Assembly (NCBI GenBank): GCA_010093705.1
Contig: MU006093.1
Location: forward strand, 1,323,301 to 1,387,300
Reading direction: 5' to 3'
Length of the DNA stretch: 64,000 nucleotides
DNA from: Patellaria atrata CBS 101060
Taxonomy: Eukaryota
In this document: positions 24,922 through 36,173 of the stretch, one piece after another
Layout: every line of letters begins with the position of its first letter
Position numbering within the stretch: position 1 is the stretch's first letter
Notes under the pieces: model-generated
Told to the model about the DNA's origin: nothing
Database searches by the model: none
Seen by the model: only the letters and a program-made list of their open reading frames with translations
Program-made: the position numbers and the translations under genes

Positions 24922-25447
24922 CTAATACTAAAGACTAGGGTGTCCATGGATCGCTGGCAATACTGAGGACACAATATATCTGTATATTTCAAAAAAGTGT
25001 GACTGGGGTATTGGACTAAGAAGACTCGACAAAATTTTTACGCAGGAAAAAAAGTGTAGAGACTAAGATATTGATAATCCGGAATGTTCATTATTGATGG
25101 TGTAGCACAAGGAATCTCGCTACATATTGTTCTTATCGCCTTTGAACTCCTATTGTTCTACCCTGGCCAACCTTGATCAAAACCAAAGCCTATGAAGACT
25201 ATGATACTGCAAACATACAATAGGTCAATCGGCTAGAGTATCCAATGCCGGGGTTTTAGTCTGTGGGGCGAAGTAAAGGACGAGTGAAAGAGACATCCCA
25301 AGTCATAGCGTTTCTAAGATGAGAGATGTCGCAACGTCCAGTCGATAGAGGTTCCACTTGGCGATATATCTTATAGAAGTCGGATGGTAATGGCAAACCC
25401 GCCTTGGGGCTCCGAGAAGGTTTATGAAAGCTGTTTTCTGCTCAGTT

Positions 25448-26156
25448 TTACTGATTCTCCTTCTTCTTGATCTCCGGATGCGCTTTCTCATACACCCAGT
25501 CGTTCAGCCCTGCTCGATTCCTATAATACCATGAGAAATGTAGCATCGAAGGCGAATAATTCATCCATAACCTACCGTGCAATCTCAATCGCATAGAACT
25601 GCATACGCACCACTAGGAGTCCAGTTCAGCAGCATTCTATTGGCTAAAGCGCAGAATCTTTCTACCCACCGAATATAGTCTCTTTCTCCCCATATTCAAA
25701 CTTCGGATTCGATCTCATCATTGTTCCAAAATTAAAATCATCAACTTTCTTCTCATACTGGTTTATGAAGTTACGCCAGCGTTCCTTTCCCTCCTTGCTT
25801 TTCATCTTGTCTTCATCTATCGTCTCAGCAGGATCAAATTCGGGAAATTCCGTTTTGAAATGCTCGTATATATCGTCGTCCATACGCGTCAGTCGCAACT
25901 CGGATCCTCGCCGTAACTGAAGAAGTGACCAGTAAGTTTCGAGATGTTGAACAACTGGATGACCGATCAGCAAAACGACATAACCACCCACTTAGACATC
26001 TCAGTGAGTGACCCGTACCTTTGACCGCAAACTGCCTTTCCATCTTCACTCATTAGCGACAGAGCCTCCACAATTATAATATCCTGTACATACATCCTCA
26101 AAGTTATCCGCCTGCTCCGGGGTAAGGCTTGCGCCTGGGGGACCTAAGGATGCCAT
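25448..26156 (-). CDS. PBDC1/YPL225W-like protein (Polysacc_synt_4 family), multi-exon
   Basis: ADNFED|MERQFAVK|VVQHLETYW...LRLTRMDDDIY...MKSKEGKERWRNF...DFNFGT...|VRMQFYAIEIAR|NRAGLNDWVY, the family signature. Confidence 0.92.
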
Positions 26157-26635
26157 ATTGATAGTTTGTTATAGTCTATAAGTTCGGCAGATAATGTACG
26201 GTTGGGAGAGAAATCCTGTGTTGCGAGAAGAGTGAGAAAAGTATTTATTTGGGGTAATTTCTTCGAGGACATTTTAAGAGCCAGAAAAAAAAGTTCGTCA
26301 TAGTTCTACAGTAGAACTCATTCGAGTGCCCCGCATGTCCTTAGTCTAGAGAACACCATTCTATATTAGAAAAGTGAACCCTGAAGGTTATCGCCATCTT
26401 ACTCAGGTCCCATCATCTTCATGAGAAGATGATGTGATAAACCTGGAAGATCGCATTTCGGCCAATAAGACTCTATATATATACCGGACGTCAGTTTAAA
26501 CACTCCGTTAACTTTATTCAATACCTAGGACTCTTCCTTAAGAATCAAACACAAGAGCAAACTTCCGATGTCCTTTGTCATGTTCGATAACTGTGTTAGG
26601 TCCAATCATAAGATATCTTATACAGATAGCAGGAG

Positions 26636-27226
26636 TTATAATTCATGCGCTGATCGGCTTCTCGCCCTCTTGCGCCTTCTGCGAACCAAACCTCTCGGAC
26701 GGATAGACTGAATTTCAATGAAACCGGTCGTATTATCGAGGCTAAAGTCCTCGAACAAGTTTTTAGAAGCCTTATCGGCGGAGTATAAGTCCTCGACTTT
26801 ATTTGGACGGCCTAGGTGGTTACCATGTCCTTGTACAAGCGTATTCAGGGCTCACGACAGACAGGCTCTTGGCCGGAGAGCAGTGAGCTCTCTACGAATT
26901 CACGTCCTAGACTAAAATTTCCAGGGGTTCCAATTGGTATGGCCAATACTCTTCAAGGTATGAAATCTAACTTACCTCGAATTGTTCAAGTAGTAGGACT
27001 GGTTATGCGTGAGCGTGATCAACCGCTCCTGTAGACTTCGGAACTGCGTGTCCATGGCTAGACCCTCAATGCCACGATAGGCGTTCCGGAGAATCGTCAT
27101 GGCTGATGAGTCGTAGTCACCACCGCTTTTCGGCCGATGGAAACGGTTCTCGATGAAGTTTACGCTCCCAATACCGTTGCTAGGACGGAGTTCGACCAAG
27201 GTGGTGACGATCTCGATACTACCCAT
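26636..27226 (-). pseudogene. Possible degenerate or orphan gene fragments
   Basis: 84-codon ATG ORF ends at a perfect GTAAGT donor (about 26975). The downstream open frames cannot be joined without meeting a stop. No recognisable domain. Confidence 0.2.
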
Positions 27227-27932
27227 GACTTTGCCTTCAGGGTCCCAGAATTTTTATGAGTATACCTTCACAAAGTGGACCATAACATTGTTGGACTTGT
27301 CTATAAGTAAAGTGTGTATCTAACAGCCTGCTGGAAATACAACTCTTCAACAAATCCCTTTTGTACATCTTTGATTACCATCTTTTTGACAAAAACACTC
27401 AGAGGCCTTCATCTCTACAGAAAGTGATTTCTCTTACTGCCTGATGTTAGCGAGGAAGAAAATATCATGTCGCCCTCAATGAGGCATCGCGGAATAGTGC
27501 TGGTATTGAATTCGCCTATTAATATGTTAGCTGCATTGTCTGTTGATTTATGCTCAAACCTACCTGAAAAGGCTGAGCAAGCATGTCCTTGCACCATTGT
27601 AGCACCAAAAAGAGAATAAAATATGATTAGATTATGGAGAAAACCAGCGTGAGACACTCAAGATCCAGCATGAAAACTTATATCCAAAAAGAAGGATATA
27701 TTGGAGGTCAATTGAGATTATGAGCATCGTGTTTGTTAATAACGACTGCTACCTTAGGTTGTATGACCGATAATAAATTACAACAAGGGTCCATGGTAGG
27801 CCAATCATACAGCTAAAGGTAGAAACGGTACGGTACTGTATCTTAGGTACTTTGTACCTTCAAAGATCTCCTTGCGGTAGTCAGAGATTCAAGTCTTCTC
27901 TATGAATTCGAGCACCACTGGGGTCCTCAGCA

Positions 27933-29727
27933 ATGCCGTCCAATCCCCCTCCCTCTCCGGCTCCATCAATACAGGATGCAACTAATATCCCCCCTAAAAG
28001 CGGAGCAGTTGACGCACTCAACAAGGCCAAACAACCCCCTCCCGAAAGCAACGAGACCCTGTGGACGCGACGGCTAGTTATTCTCTCCTTTTGGGCTGTC
28101 GTGATTTGTCTAGGGATACCAATATGGTGGAAAACCACAACTGTCTATCGGGCTGTTCTGCCTCTCCAGGCAATGATGGATTGGTCAGACGGGAAGGTAT
28201 CGTCATATCTTTCGTCCAATTTTTAACGTATTCATTGCTAATTGTAATTCCTAGATCTGTCGACCCGTATTCCCGCTTCAGATATTCATTGACGCGCCTT
28301 TCCTTCTTCCAGCGGATGCACAGAATCTTATACGGACGACACAGCACGCGTTGGACGATTTAAACGATTTTTCGGCCCATCACCTTCGTCTACTACTATC
28401 CGAGCCCCGGTCGACTTCGAACTTTTCACAGGATATTGTACAGACGACATCGATTAAGGGACTCGGCGATGAGACTCATGATAGAGAAGACATAGCTCTC
28501 AAAATCAATCTCATACCAGGGCAGAGCGGGAGTGTTCCCCGGTCAGAGTTGCAACCATACGAATCCAGGCTAGATGTGTTCTATACTCCGAACCAGATCC
28601 CCTCTTCCTCCTCAACATCCTCACCTCTAGCCACATTCATAGCAAACAAGCTACAATTCATATTCGCGGAAGAACAAGCATCGTTGGCGTATTTGCTGTC
28701 CCAGAGCAACACCGGTCAACAGACACAGATCAAGTCCATGTCGCAAGAGACAGCCGCCTCTCTAGCACGACAATCTACGAGATCATTCAAGTATGCTCCC
28801 ACATACCATCTGACTTTCTCTCTCTTCACACCCACCTCAATTCCTACGGAATGGGATATTGAAGCCGCTCTCAAGGAGTATATGCAACCCTTACTGGCAA
28901 GTCTATCCTCAATCAGCGAATTCACCGTCGATACTCAACTCCAGCTATACGCCACCTTTTCCCCATCCGTTCAACAACCAGAGGAGGATCCTACGACCGG
29001 GACCTGGCTCCTACGAAAAGATGATCTCAGCGGTTTCGTCAACGCAGCCGAGTGGCCCCTAAGTCCAAGCATCGGCAAGGGTCCCACCGTCAACTTCGTC
29101 CTCTACGTCCCCACAGCCGACCAAGCACCTCTCGTCGTCAAAGAAAACCGCGGAAACAGCTGGCTAGTCCCTCAATGGGGTGGCGTCGTGATCCTCAACC
29201 CACCCTACGGGGAAAAAACCAAAACACCCTCGACACTCACAAAAAATGACTTGCAACCAGCAATGCTCACCTTCTCAAACCAACTCCTCTCCCTTCTCGG
29301 CCTACCACAATCCCCTGCATCCCTCCCCCTCCGCATCTCAACCCTAACCCGCGTCCGCGCCGCCTCCCTCCTCTTCTCCGCCTCCTCAACCCTCGGCGCC
29401 CTCGCCAGACTCACCCAAGCTCTCGAATCAATCGCCATCCCCGACACCGTCGCCCACTCCGTCGACCAGACTATCAGCCGGCTCCACACCGCCTGCACCG
29501 ATCTCCGCGAGGGCAGGTTCCACAGCGCACTCGCCAACGCTCGCATCGCGGAGCTGGAGGCCGAAAAGGCTTTCTTCGAGCGCTCCATGGTCGGTCAGGT
29601 CTACTTCCCCGAAGAGCACAAGGTCGCGGTCTACCTGCCGCTGTTAGGCCCCGTGAGCGTGCCGCTGATCATGGCGGCGTTGAAGGAGGTTAGGAAATTG
29701 AGGGCGAGGGCGCAGGCGGGTGCTTGA
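27933..29727 (+). CDS. GPI17: GPI transamidase subunit PIG-S
   Basis: N-terminal TM followed by GIPIWWKTTTVYRA; FKYAPTYHLTFSLF, FVNAAEWPL, WLVPQWGGVVILN and AEKAFFERSMVGQVYFPEEHKVAVYLPLLGP motifs; one intron. Confidence 0.95.
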
Positions 29728-30519
29728 AGTATTCGCTATCTGAGACCTGAGGAGCGGATACTAAGATTGTACATACGAAAGGCGTGTCGTGGGATAGAGC
29801 GATGTTGTCACTTCCCCTGTCTCGGTGTTGCGAGTCTGCCGTACATTCACGGATAAGCAGGTTTCTGACGCATCGGTACGAGAGAGTGGAAATCGTACGG
29901 ATGACCCTGGGAGTACGTAGGACATGACCGTACGGAAAGTAGACGCGATTAGTACGCATGATATGGTAGGCTCCTGATAGTTATGCGGTAAGCGTACCGA
30001 GAGCGGTGGATGTCAATTTAGCAGGGGAGATGATGAGAGGTGCTGCCAGAGGTGACATCAGGGTGAAGCTAGATGCGGACGTCGATACAAGGACGGGCTG
30101 TGAGCGATATGTCTATTACGACGTATGCATATGTGTAAGATTGAGGAAGAGACGCTGTACCTCTACCTTGGGACTGTGGATGTCCATGATCCCAACAGGA
30201 TGAGGCATTACAGCATAGCAACCATCTAGGAAGAAACATACAAATTTGTCACCCCAAACGCAGAAACCAGGTGTACAATAAATATACCTACTTCAATGTG
30301 ATGTACTATATACCCACCACCTATTTGATTCCAAAGAAAAGAAAAGAAAAAGAAAAATATCAATCTAGAGGTATCATATCCCGTATCCCAAAAATGCCCT
30401 ACCGCGCCAAATGCAAAATCACCCATTCCCCCCTTCAACGAATCGTGCAAGCGTATCTCCCAGAACCCGAAGAACCTCGCCCACAACGGGCGACGTGATA
30501 ACCAAGTCCCTCATCCTTC

Positions 30520-33052
30520 TCACGCCGCCCCCTCAACCCCCTTCAACCTCCCCCCCGCCTTCTTCCTCAACACCATTCCCCTAGTCCCCGAAATATCAAC
30601 CTTCAAATCCAGCCCGCTTTTCCGACTCCGCAGCGGACCCTCCGGCACGTCGTCGGAAAAGTCGGGCGCTGTGTAATCAGCCCTCGAGGCCTCTATCGCG
30701 GACTGTGAGTGAAAGATTTTTTTATAGCGGAGCTCCGGCGACGACGGGCCTGCTGGTTTGACATTTGAGATAGAGGTGGTGAGGGGAAGCGGACGGCCGG
30801 GTGTTATGTGGACTGGGGGACGAGCGATGCTGGGGGTGGCGGGTTGGGAGGCGTGGGGGAAGAGTGGGCGGGTTGAGGGCCAAAGGGTGGGGAGGGGCGA
30901 AGGCGGGGAGTCCAGAGGTGTGGTATCGTCCTCATCGTCGGACGAGGCGGTGGAGTTGAGACCATCGTCCGCGTCCGAGGATAGGGCGTCGGAAGATGAA
31001 AATTTGCGTGCTGCGTCCTCTGTGGGTTTGCGAAGGACAGGGAGGTGGACGGAGTTGGCGGTGACCGGAAAGCGGAAGTCTTTGAGCGGGAAGGAATTGT
31101 ATGTTGAGCCGAAGTGTGTGGATTTGTGCTTTGATAGTTTGCGCCGTTGTGAAGATTCGCGCTTTTCTCCTTTCTCTGATCCTGCGCGTGAACTGGGTCT
31201 ACTCATTGTGTTGAGACGTAAATCGACCTGACTCGGACTGAAGACGACTCTCGTTCTGAGTTTCTGAACTGCATCGTCAAGGGCCAGCTCAATCGCACAG
31301 TGATTCCGGATCCTGCTTATCTTTGGCCATGTGGCTCTTTCACCAGCAATTGTGGCTTGGAGCATGAATTCAGTGGTAGGATTAGATAATACCCGGGGAA
31401 ACTGAGCATAGGAGATCTCGGGAAAGATGGTGATATCTCCAGAGTATCGCTGACTAAGAACCGATCTAGCCTTGGTGACAAGATTAGGGAATATCCCCAT
31501 CTCAGCTAAGACGTGCATCCGGTGCAAAGCCTCATCCTTTGCTAGGTTTGCCATCGAGTGTAACCACCCAGGGCCAGCTGCGAAGGCAGACGTAGACTGC
31601 TGAGCTTCAGCAGAAATGAGTTCTTCTTCCTTCTTCAAGAAGGGAACAACATGAGGATTAACCTGGGAGACTATAAAATGATTGACATTGAACATTTCAG
31701 CCAACCTGGTCATAGGTAGATCGTTATCGACGGAACCGTCGATCCAACGCTGTGGGGAAGGATCCCAAGGGACCTCCTTTCCAGTCTTTGGGTCCTTTGC
31801 CAGCAGCGAAGCGGCTGAGAAAACAAATGGTACCGAACACGAAGCAGCTCTACAGACTAGAGTTAGTATGTTACATATGCTATATGTAATATAGGGGTTA
31901 AACTTACACTGCGGACCAAATGATAACATTGGGCGCCGTTACGTAATTCAAAAGTCGAGGTAGCTCATAAATACTTGCACTGCTAACGCAGATATTCAAG
32001 ATTCTCCTGGTGCGGTTGTAGGCTTCTTGAAATGTCATATCACCAAGCAGATCACGCATGACCCTGATCAGATTGGAAATGTCGAAAATTGACCCGTACT
32101 TGAGGAATCTAGCGACCTTAGTCATGACACCTTCCCCATCGCCCTCCTTTTCGAATACGGCAAGATCACCGTAGCAGAAACTTTCTAAAACTTCAGGGAT
32201 CTCGATATCGGTCTTGGTGCATAGAACTGCGCAGACGATGCTACCAGCAGATGCTCCTGAAATGATACGGGGTAGGAGTTTATGTTCCCAAAGGGTTTTG
32301 ACAACACCAATGTGATTCATGCCAAAAGTCCCTCCTCCTGAGAGAAGTAACGCACTCCTTCCGAAAGCTTGGCGAGCGGCGAGAAGCTGATCTAAAACGT
32401 TTCTGGAATCCAGTGAATGGTTATGCTGTTTGGAGAGAATGGAGAGGAGAGCATCTAAAGTCTGCTGAGCGGAGTCTATATACTGTTCAATCAATCTTTT
32501 CGTCCCAATGTGGGAATGTTTGTACAGCCGTAGATCGCCCATGTTCCCAAGGTCGCGTGTAAGAGCTGTACGAATCTGGACAAGCATTCGTGCAGGATCA
32601 CAGCTAATACGTGCTTCCTCAAGTTCCTGCAGACGTCTTTCTACCAGACAAACATTATATTCAGCGCATTCCAGCTCTTCTTTCCAGGCGTCGTTGCCCT
32701 CTAGCTGATCCAGTTCCATAGCGGCAGCTCTCCATTCTTGGAAATTCAGGGCCTAAAGCAGAATTGTCAATAAGCGTTTCTGTTCACGGTATTCTTTAGT
32801 ATTTACCTCCTTCATGCGCAGATACAGAATCTGCCTTCTACTATGGTTCGCATCTACCAGCGATGCATCGCTGGCATTGTTCAAGGTAGTGGCAATGCCG
32901 TCAAAGGTATCGCCTGGATGCAGGACCAGCCGCACCAAAGGTGACAAAAGGCCTCCATAGCTCTTGGACTTGCGAACTTGTCTATGTTGTTGATTTATCG
33001 AAGCGGTGAGCCGAGAAGTGCCAGGCAGTATGATGTCGTCGAGCAAGGACAT
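30520..33052 (-). CDS. Patatin-like triacylglycerol lipase (Tgl4/Tgl5-like), 3 exons
   Basis: LLLSGGGTFG oxyanion loop, ISGASAGS nucleophile (GxSxG), WIDGSV catalytic Asp, TFQEAYNRTRRILNI, IVSQVNPHVVPF. Confidence 0.93.
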
Positions 33053-34736
33053 GAGGTACGTGACGCCATGCGCAGGCGTGCGACTGTGCTTGGGCGTCTG
33101 AGGCCAGTTTCAATATATTCTCAATATCCAGTGTATCATGAAGAGGGCGTAAGACGCGAATAAGGAAACAAAGCTGTTTCCAGCTCACGGAGGAGCGGCT
33201 CTCATGTGTCTCGTAAAGGTATGGGGAGATTTTGTACTGTAAGAGCACTAGATGCAGGTCACACGCGCAGAGAACATCCACTTCAGATCTACGAAATCGT
33301 AGCGTGTACGGAGTACTGTACTGTACGGTACGGGTACTAAACTAATGCCGTATCTTTTCCGCGGTAAACGCTGAAAATATCGTGGATCGTCGAATTCCTT
33401 GTTCAAAAGTTCTATGATGCAGTGATGGTGCTGTACAGTAAATGCAAAGTCGTCCTAGACCAGAAACAATCGGCCGTGTCCAACGTCAGCTCAAGGCATC
33501 AAACTCATCTGCGAACAAAGGGAAGTCCAAGTATCATCAACTCCACTATTTTTGATGTACAGTATGAGTTACGCAAAAATGATTCAGGTGTCATGGGGAC
33601 AGCAGTAGTTTAGTGAGTAACACGCTTTCCTGCATCATCTCAACACCAGATTTTTCTAGCTGCAGGGGAAAAGCAAAGATACAGGTATCTTAATATACGC
33701 AGCAACTTTTCATTCGTCCCATTCTCCCACCATCCAGGAACGCTGCAACAAGAAGACTCGACTCTAATTTGCGCTACTGTTGTACAGTTTATACGAGCAC
33801 CAGTGAAGATGGGCATGTGAGACGTTGATCAACTATCTACTTCGTTCGACATATCATTTTTTGAACACTTTACTACGGAATTAATATCACCGATCATGAA
33901 TCAGCTAAGGACGCCTATTTCCTCTTCAAGAGTATACAACAACTCAGTAATACCGCTTACCATTTATGGTACACTTCCGGTTGGGACTGGACTTTCACAT
34001 GCATAGCTTCAGCTCTCACTAGACACCTTCGCAACCAGGAAATTATAAGACGCCGTTCAACACCAGTCTCACCGCTTGGATACCTACCAGCTACCATCCA
34101 ACAGGACCAGCTTTTGGTTCGTGGGAGATAAGAATATGCCCATGCTCCCACCGTCTATACACGTGCAACTGACGTATAATTCGTGGATACCGATATCAGG
34201 ACCCTTTCCAAGGCAAGCCAGGAACCGGTACTTGACATAGACCGGTATTCGACAATATAGTGCTCCATGGAAGGAATCAAGGTTGGGGAAGAACGGTATA
34301 AGTCGTCCAATTTATCTAACCGTTAACCAAAGCACAAGCAAGTATACTCCTCGCTTGAGACCGAAATATGGAAAGGAAATATGATCTCGCAGCTCTTCGC
34401 CATTCTTACGCTCTCATTGCATTCCCAGACTACAGTATACTGACCCCAAAGCCGAACTCCAACTTTACTGTACAGATCATGGAGAGTCCACAATGGGCCG
34501 AAGTTGATACTTCGTCAGTACCCGTACAGCAACTTCACAGCGATCGAGAAATGTCGATATAGCTAAAGGGACCGGTCATTTCTCACATTATTTTACTCCC
34601 CCTATAGATCTAAAAATTTTAACATCGCGGTACTCAATACAGGAATATCAAAACGGCCAAAACTGGCCGTCCACCACCATGTGTACTTAACCGTACATCC
34701 CCCCAGAAACACTCCCCCAACAAACCCCAACAAACC

Positions 34737-35352
34737 CTACCACGTCTTACACCCCGTCCAAACCTCTACCTTATTCGACCACTTCCCACTCCCCAAATCA
34801 AACGCCTGCACATAAGAAACCTGCCCAAACCCCCTACAATCCACAACCTCCGCCCTAACACTGAACGCCGGCCCGCCCACCGTACCCGCCCACACCCTAT
34901 CACTCCTCACCGCGCCCCTATATATCACCACCTCCACGCTGCCCCCGTTGAACCCGCTCCCGTGCACCTCGAATCGCGGATATCCGTCGTCGGACGTCGT
35001 GCTGCACGTGCTCCCCGAACACACCGGCGCCGGATACCACGATGACAGCCAGATGTTGCCCAGAGCGGGATTCGGTGCGCCGGGCTTGCAGAGCCCGTTG
35101 CGTGGGTTGCAGGCTTGGTCTGCGCCGCAGCAGGCGCGCGGGCAGAGCACGAGTGGCCATTGGCAGTTATCTGGGTCTATGTGGTCGGGTGGTGCTGTAG
35201 GGCGAGGGAGTCAATATTGACACTTTCGAGCTGGATCGAATCGACTTACCGCGTGTCACGAGCGCTGCGGCGCTACTGAGGGCGACGATGCCTAGGAGGA
35301 TGAGTAGGAGGTGAGAAAGCCGTGCACTGAGAGGATAGGAGGAAGAGGCCAT
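34737..35352 (-). CDS. Small secreted cysteine-rich protein (10 Cys), 2 exons
   Basis: Signal peptide (LSHLLLILLGIVALSSAAA). GTAAGT...CTACAG intron joins in frame to APPDHIDPDNCQWPLVLCPRACCGADQAC...WTGCKTW*. Confidence 0.8.
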
Positions 35353-35361
35353 GGTTTTTGA

Positions 35362-35381
35362 GGTACGGTACGGTACGGTAC
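35362..35381. repeat. (GGTAC)4 microsatellite in the 5' leader of the small secreted protein gene
   Basis: ggtacggtacggtacggtac seen directly. Confidence 0.9.
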
Positions 35382-36120
35382 AACGGTAAGTTCGAATTTG
35401 TTCTTCTCCAAAAGAATTAAATTTCCTATCCTTTAATCTCCAAAAACCCACTCTTCCCCCCTCCTCTTCATATATACCCTCTAGACCCTATATCCTAACC
35501 AGCCCCCTTTCCACCCGGGACAACTCTTCCCCCCGCCTTACTACGCCAAAATGCAGCCTCGGAGCCCAAATCTCCCATAACCAAACTCCAGAAAATCTAC
35601 TCTTTATATTTATATTCGCTTTCCCCGGTCTTGGCGACATCGCTGGCAGTCGTGCTGCGGCTGAAGCCGGGTGGCTTAAGGCTGTGATGCTCGCCACCCA
35701 ATCGGGGGACTCGCACCATCGGTCAATACCTTAAGCACACATGTAGGATGGTAACTGTCACTCGTAAGGTAAGATAAGGGAGGTGCCCAAAAAAAAAAAA
35801 AAAGTTGTTAAAAAGTTGATGTTTGCGGTACTCGAAATTTCACTCCGCGTATTTCGACCATTGTCTTTGCCCTACGTAACGTAGTCTAACCAAACGAAAA
35901 AGCAAGCGGGAGGAACATAAAAAGTAGCTAATAGATGTAAAAAGACGCAAAAGGAGAGGATATATATCAAATAGAACTGGAATTCCAAACATAGATAAAA
36001 GAAAACAATATAGTCCCAAATCGCAACCGAACTTATATCCCGAGCTCCCAAAGATAAGATAGTAACAAACCCAACGCCCGTTACCATTCCAATCCATTCC
36101 AATCCATCAATCATATCGAA

Positions 36121-36150
36121 CTATCCTATCCTATCCTATCCTATCCTATC
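36121..36150. repeat. (CTATC)6 microsatellite in the 3' flank of the kelch gene
   Basis: Six perfect copies, preceded by degenerate CCATT/CCAAT units. Confidence 0.95.
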
Positions 36151-36173
36151 AACATCAACAACTTCTCCTCCCC

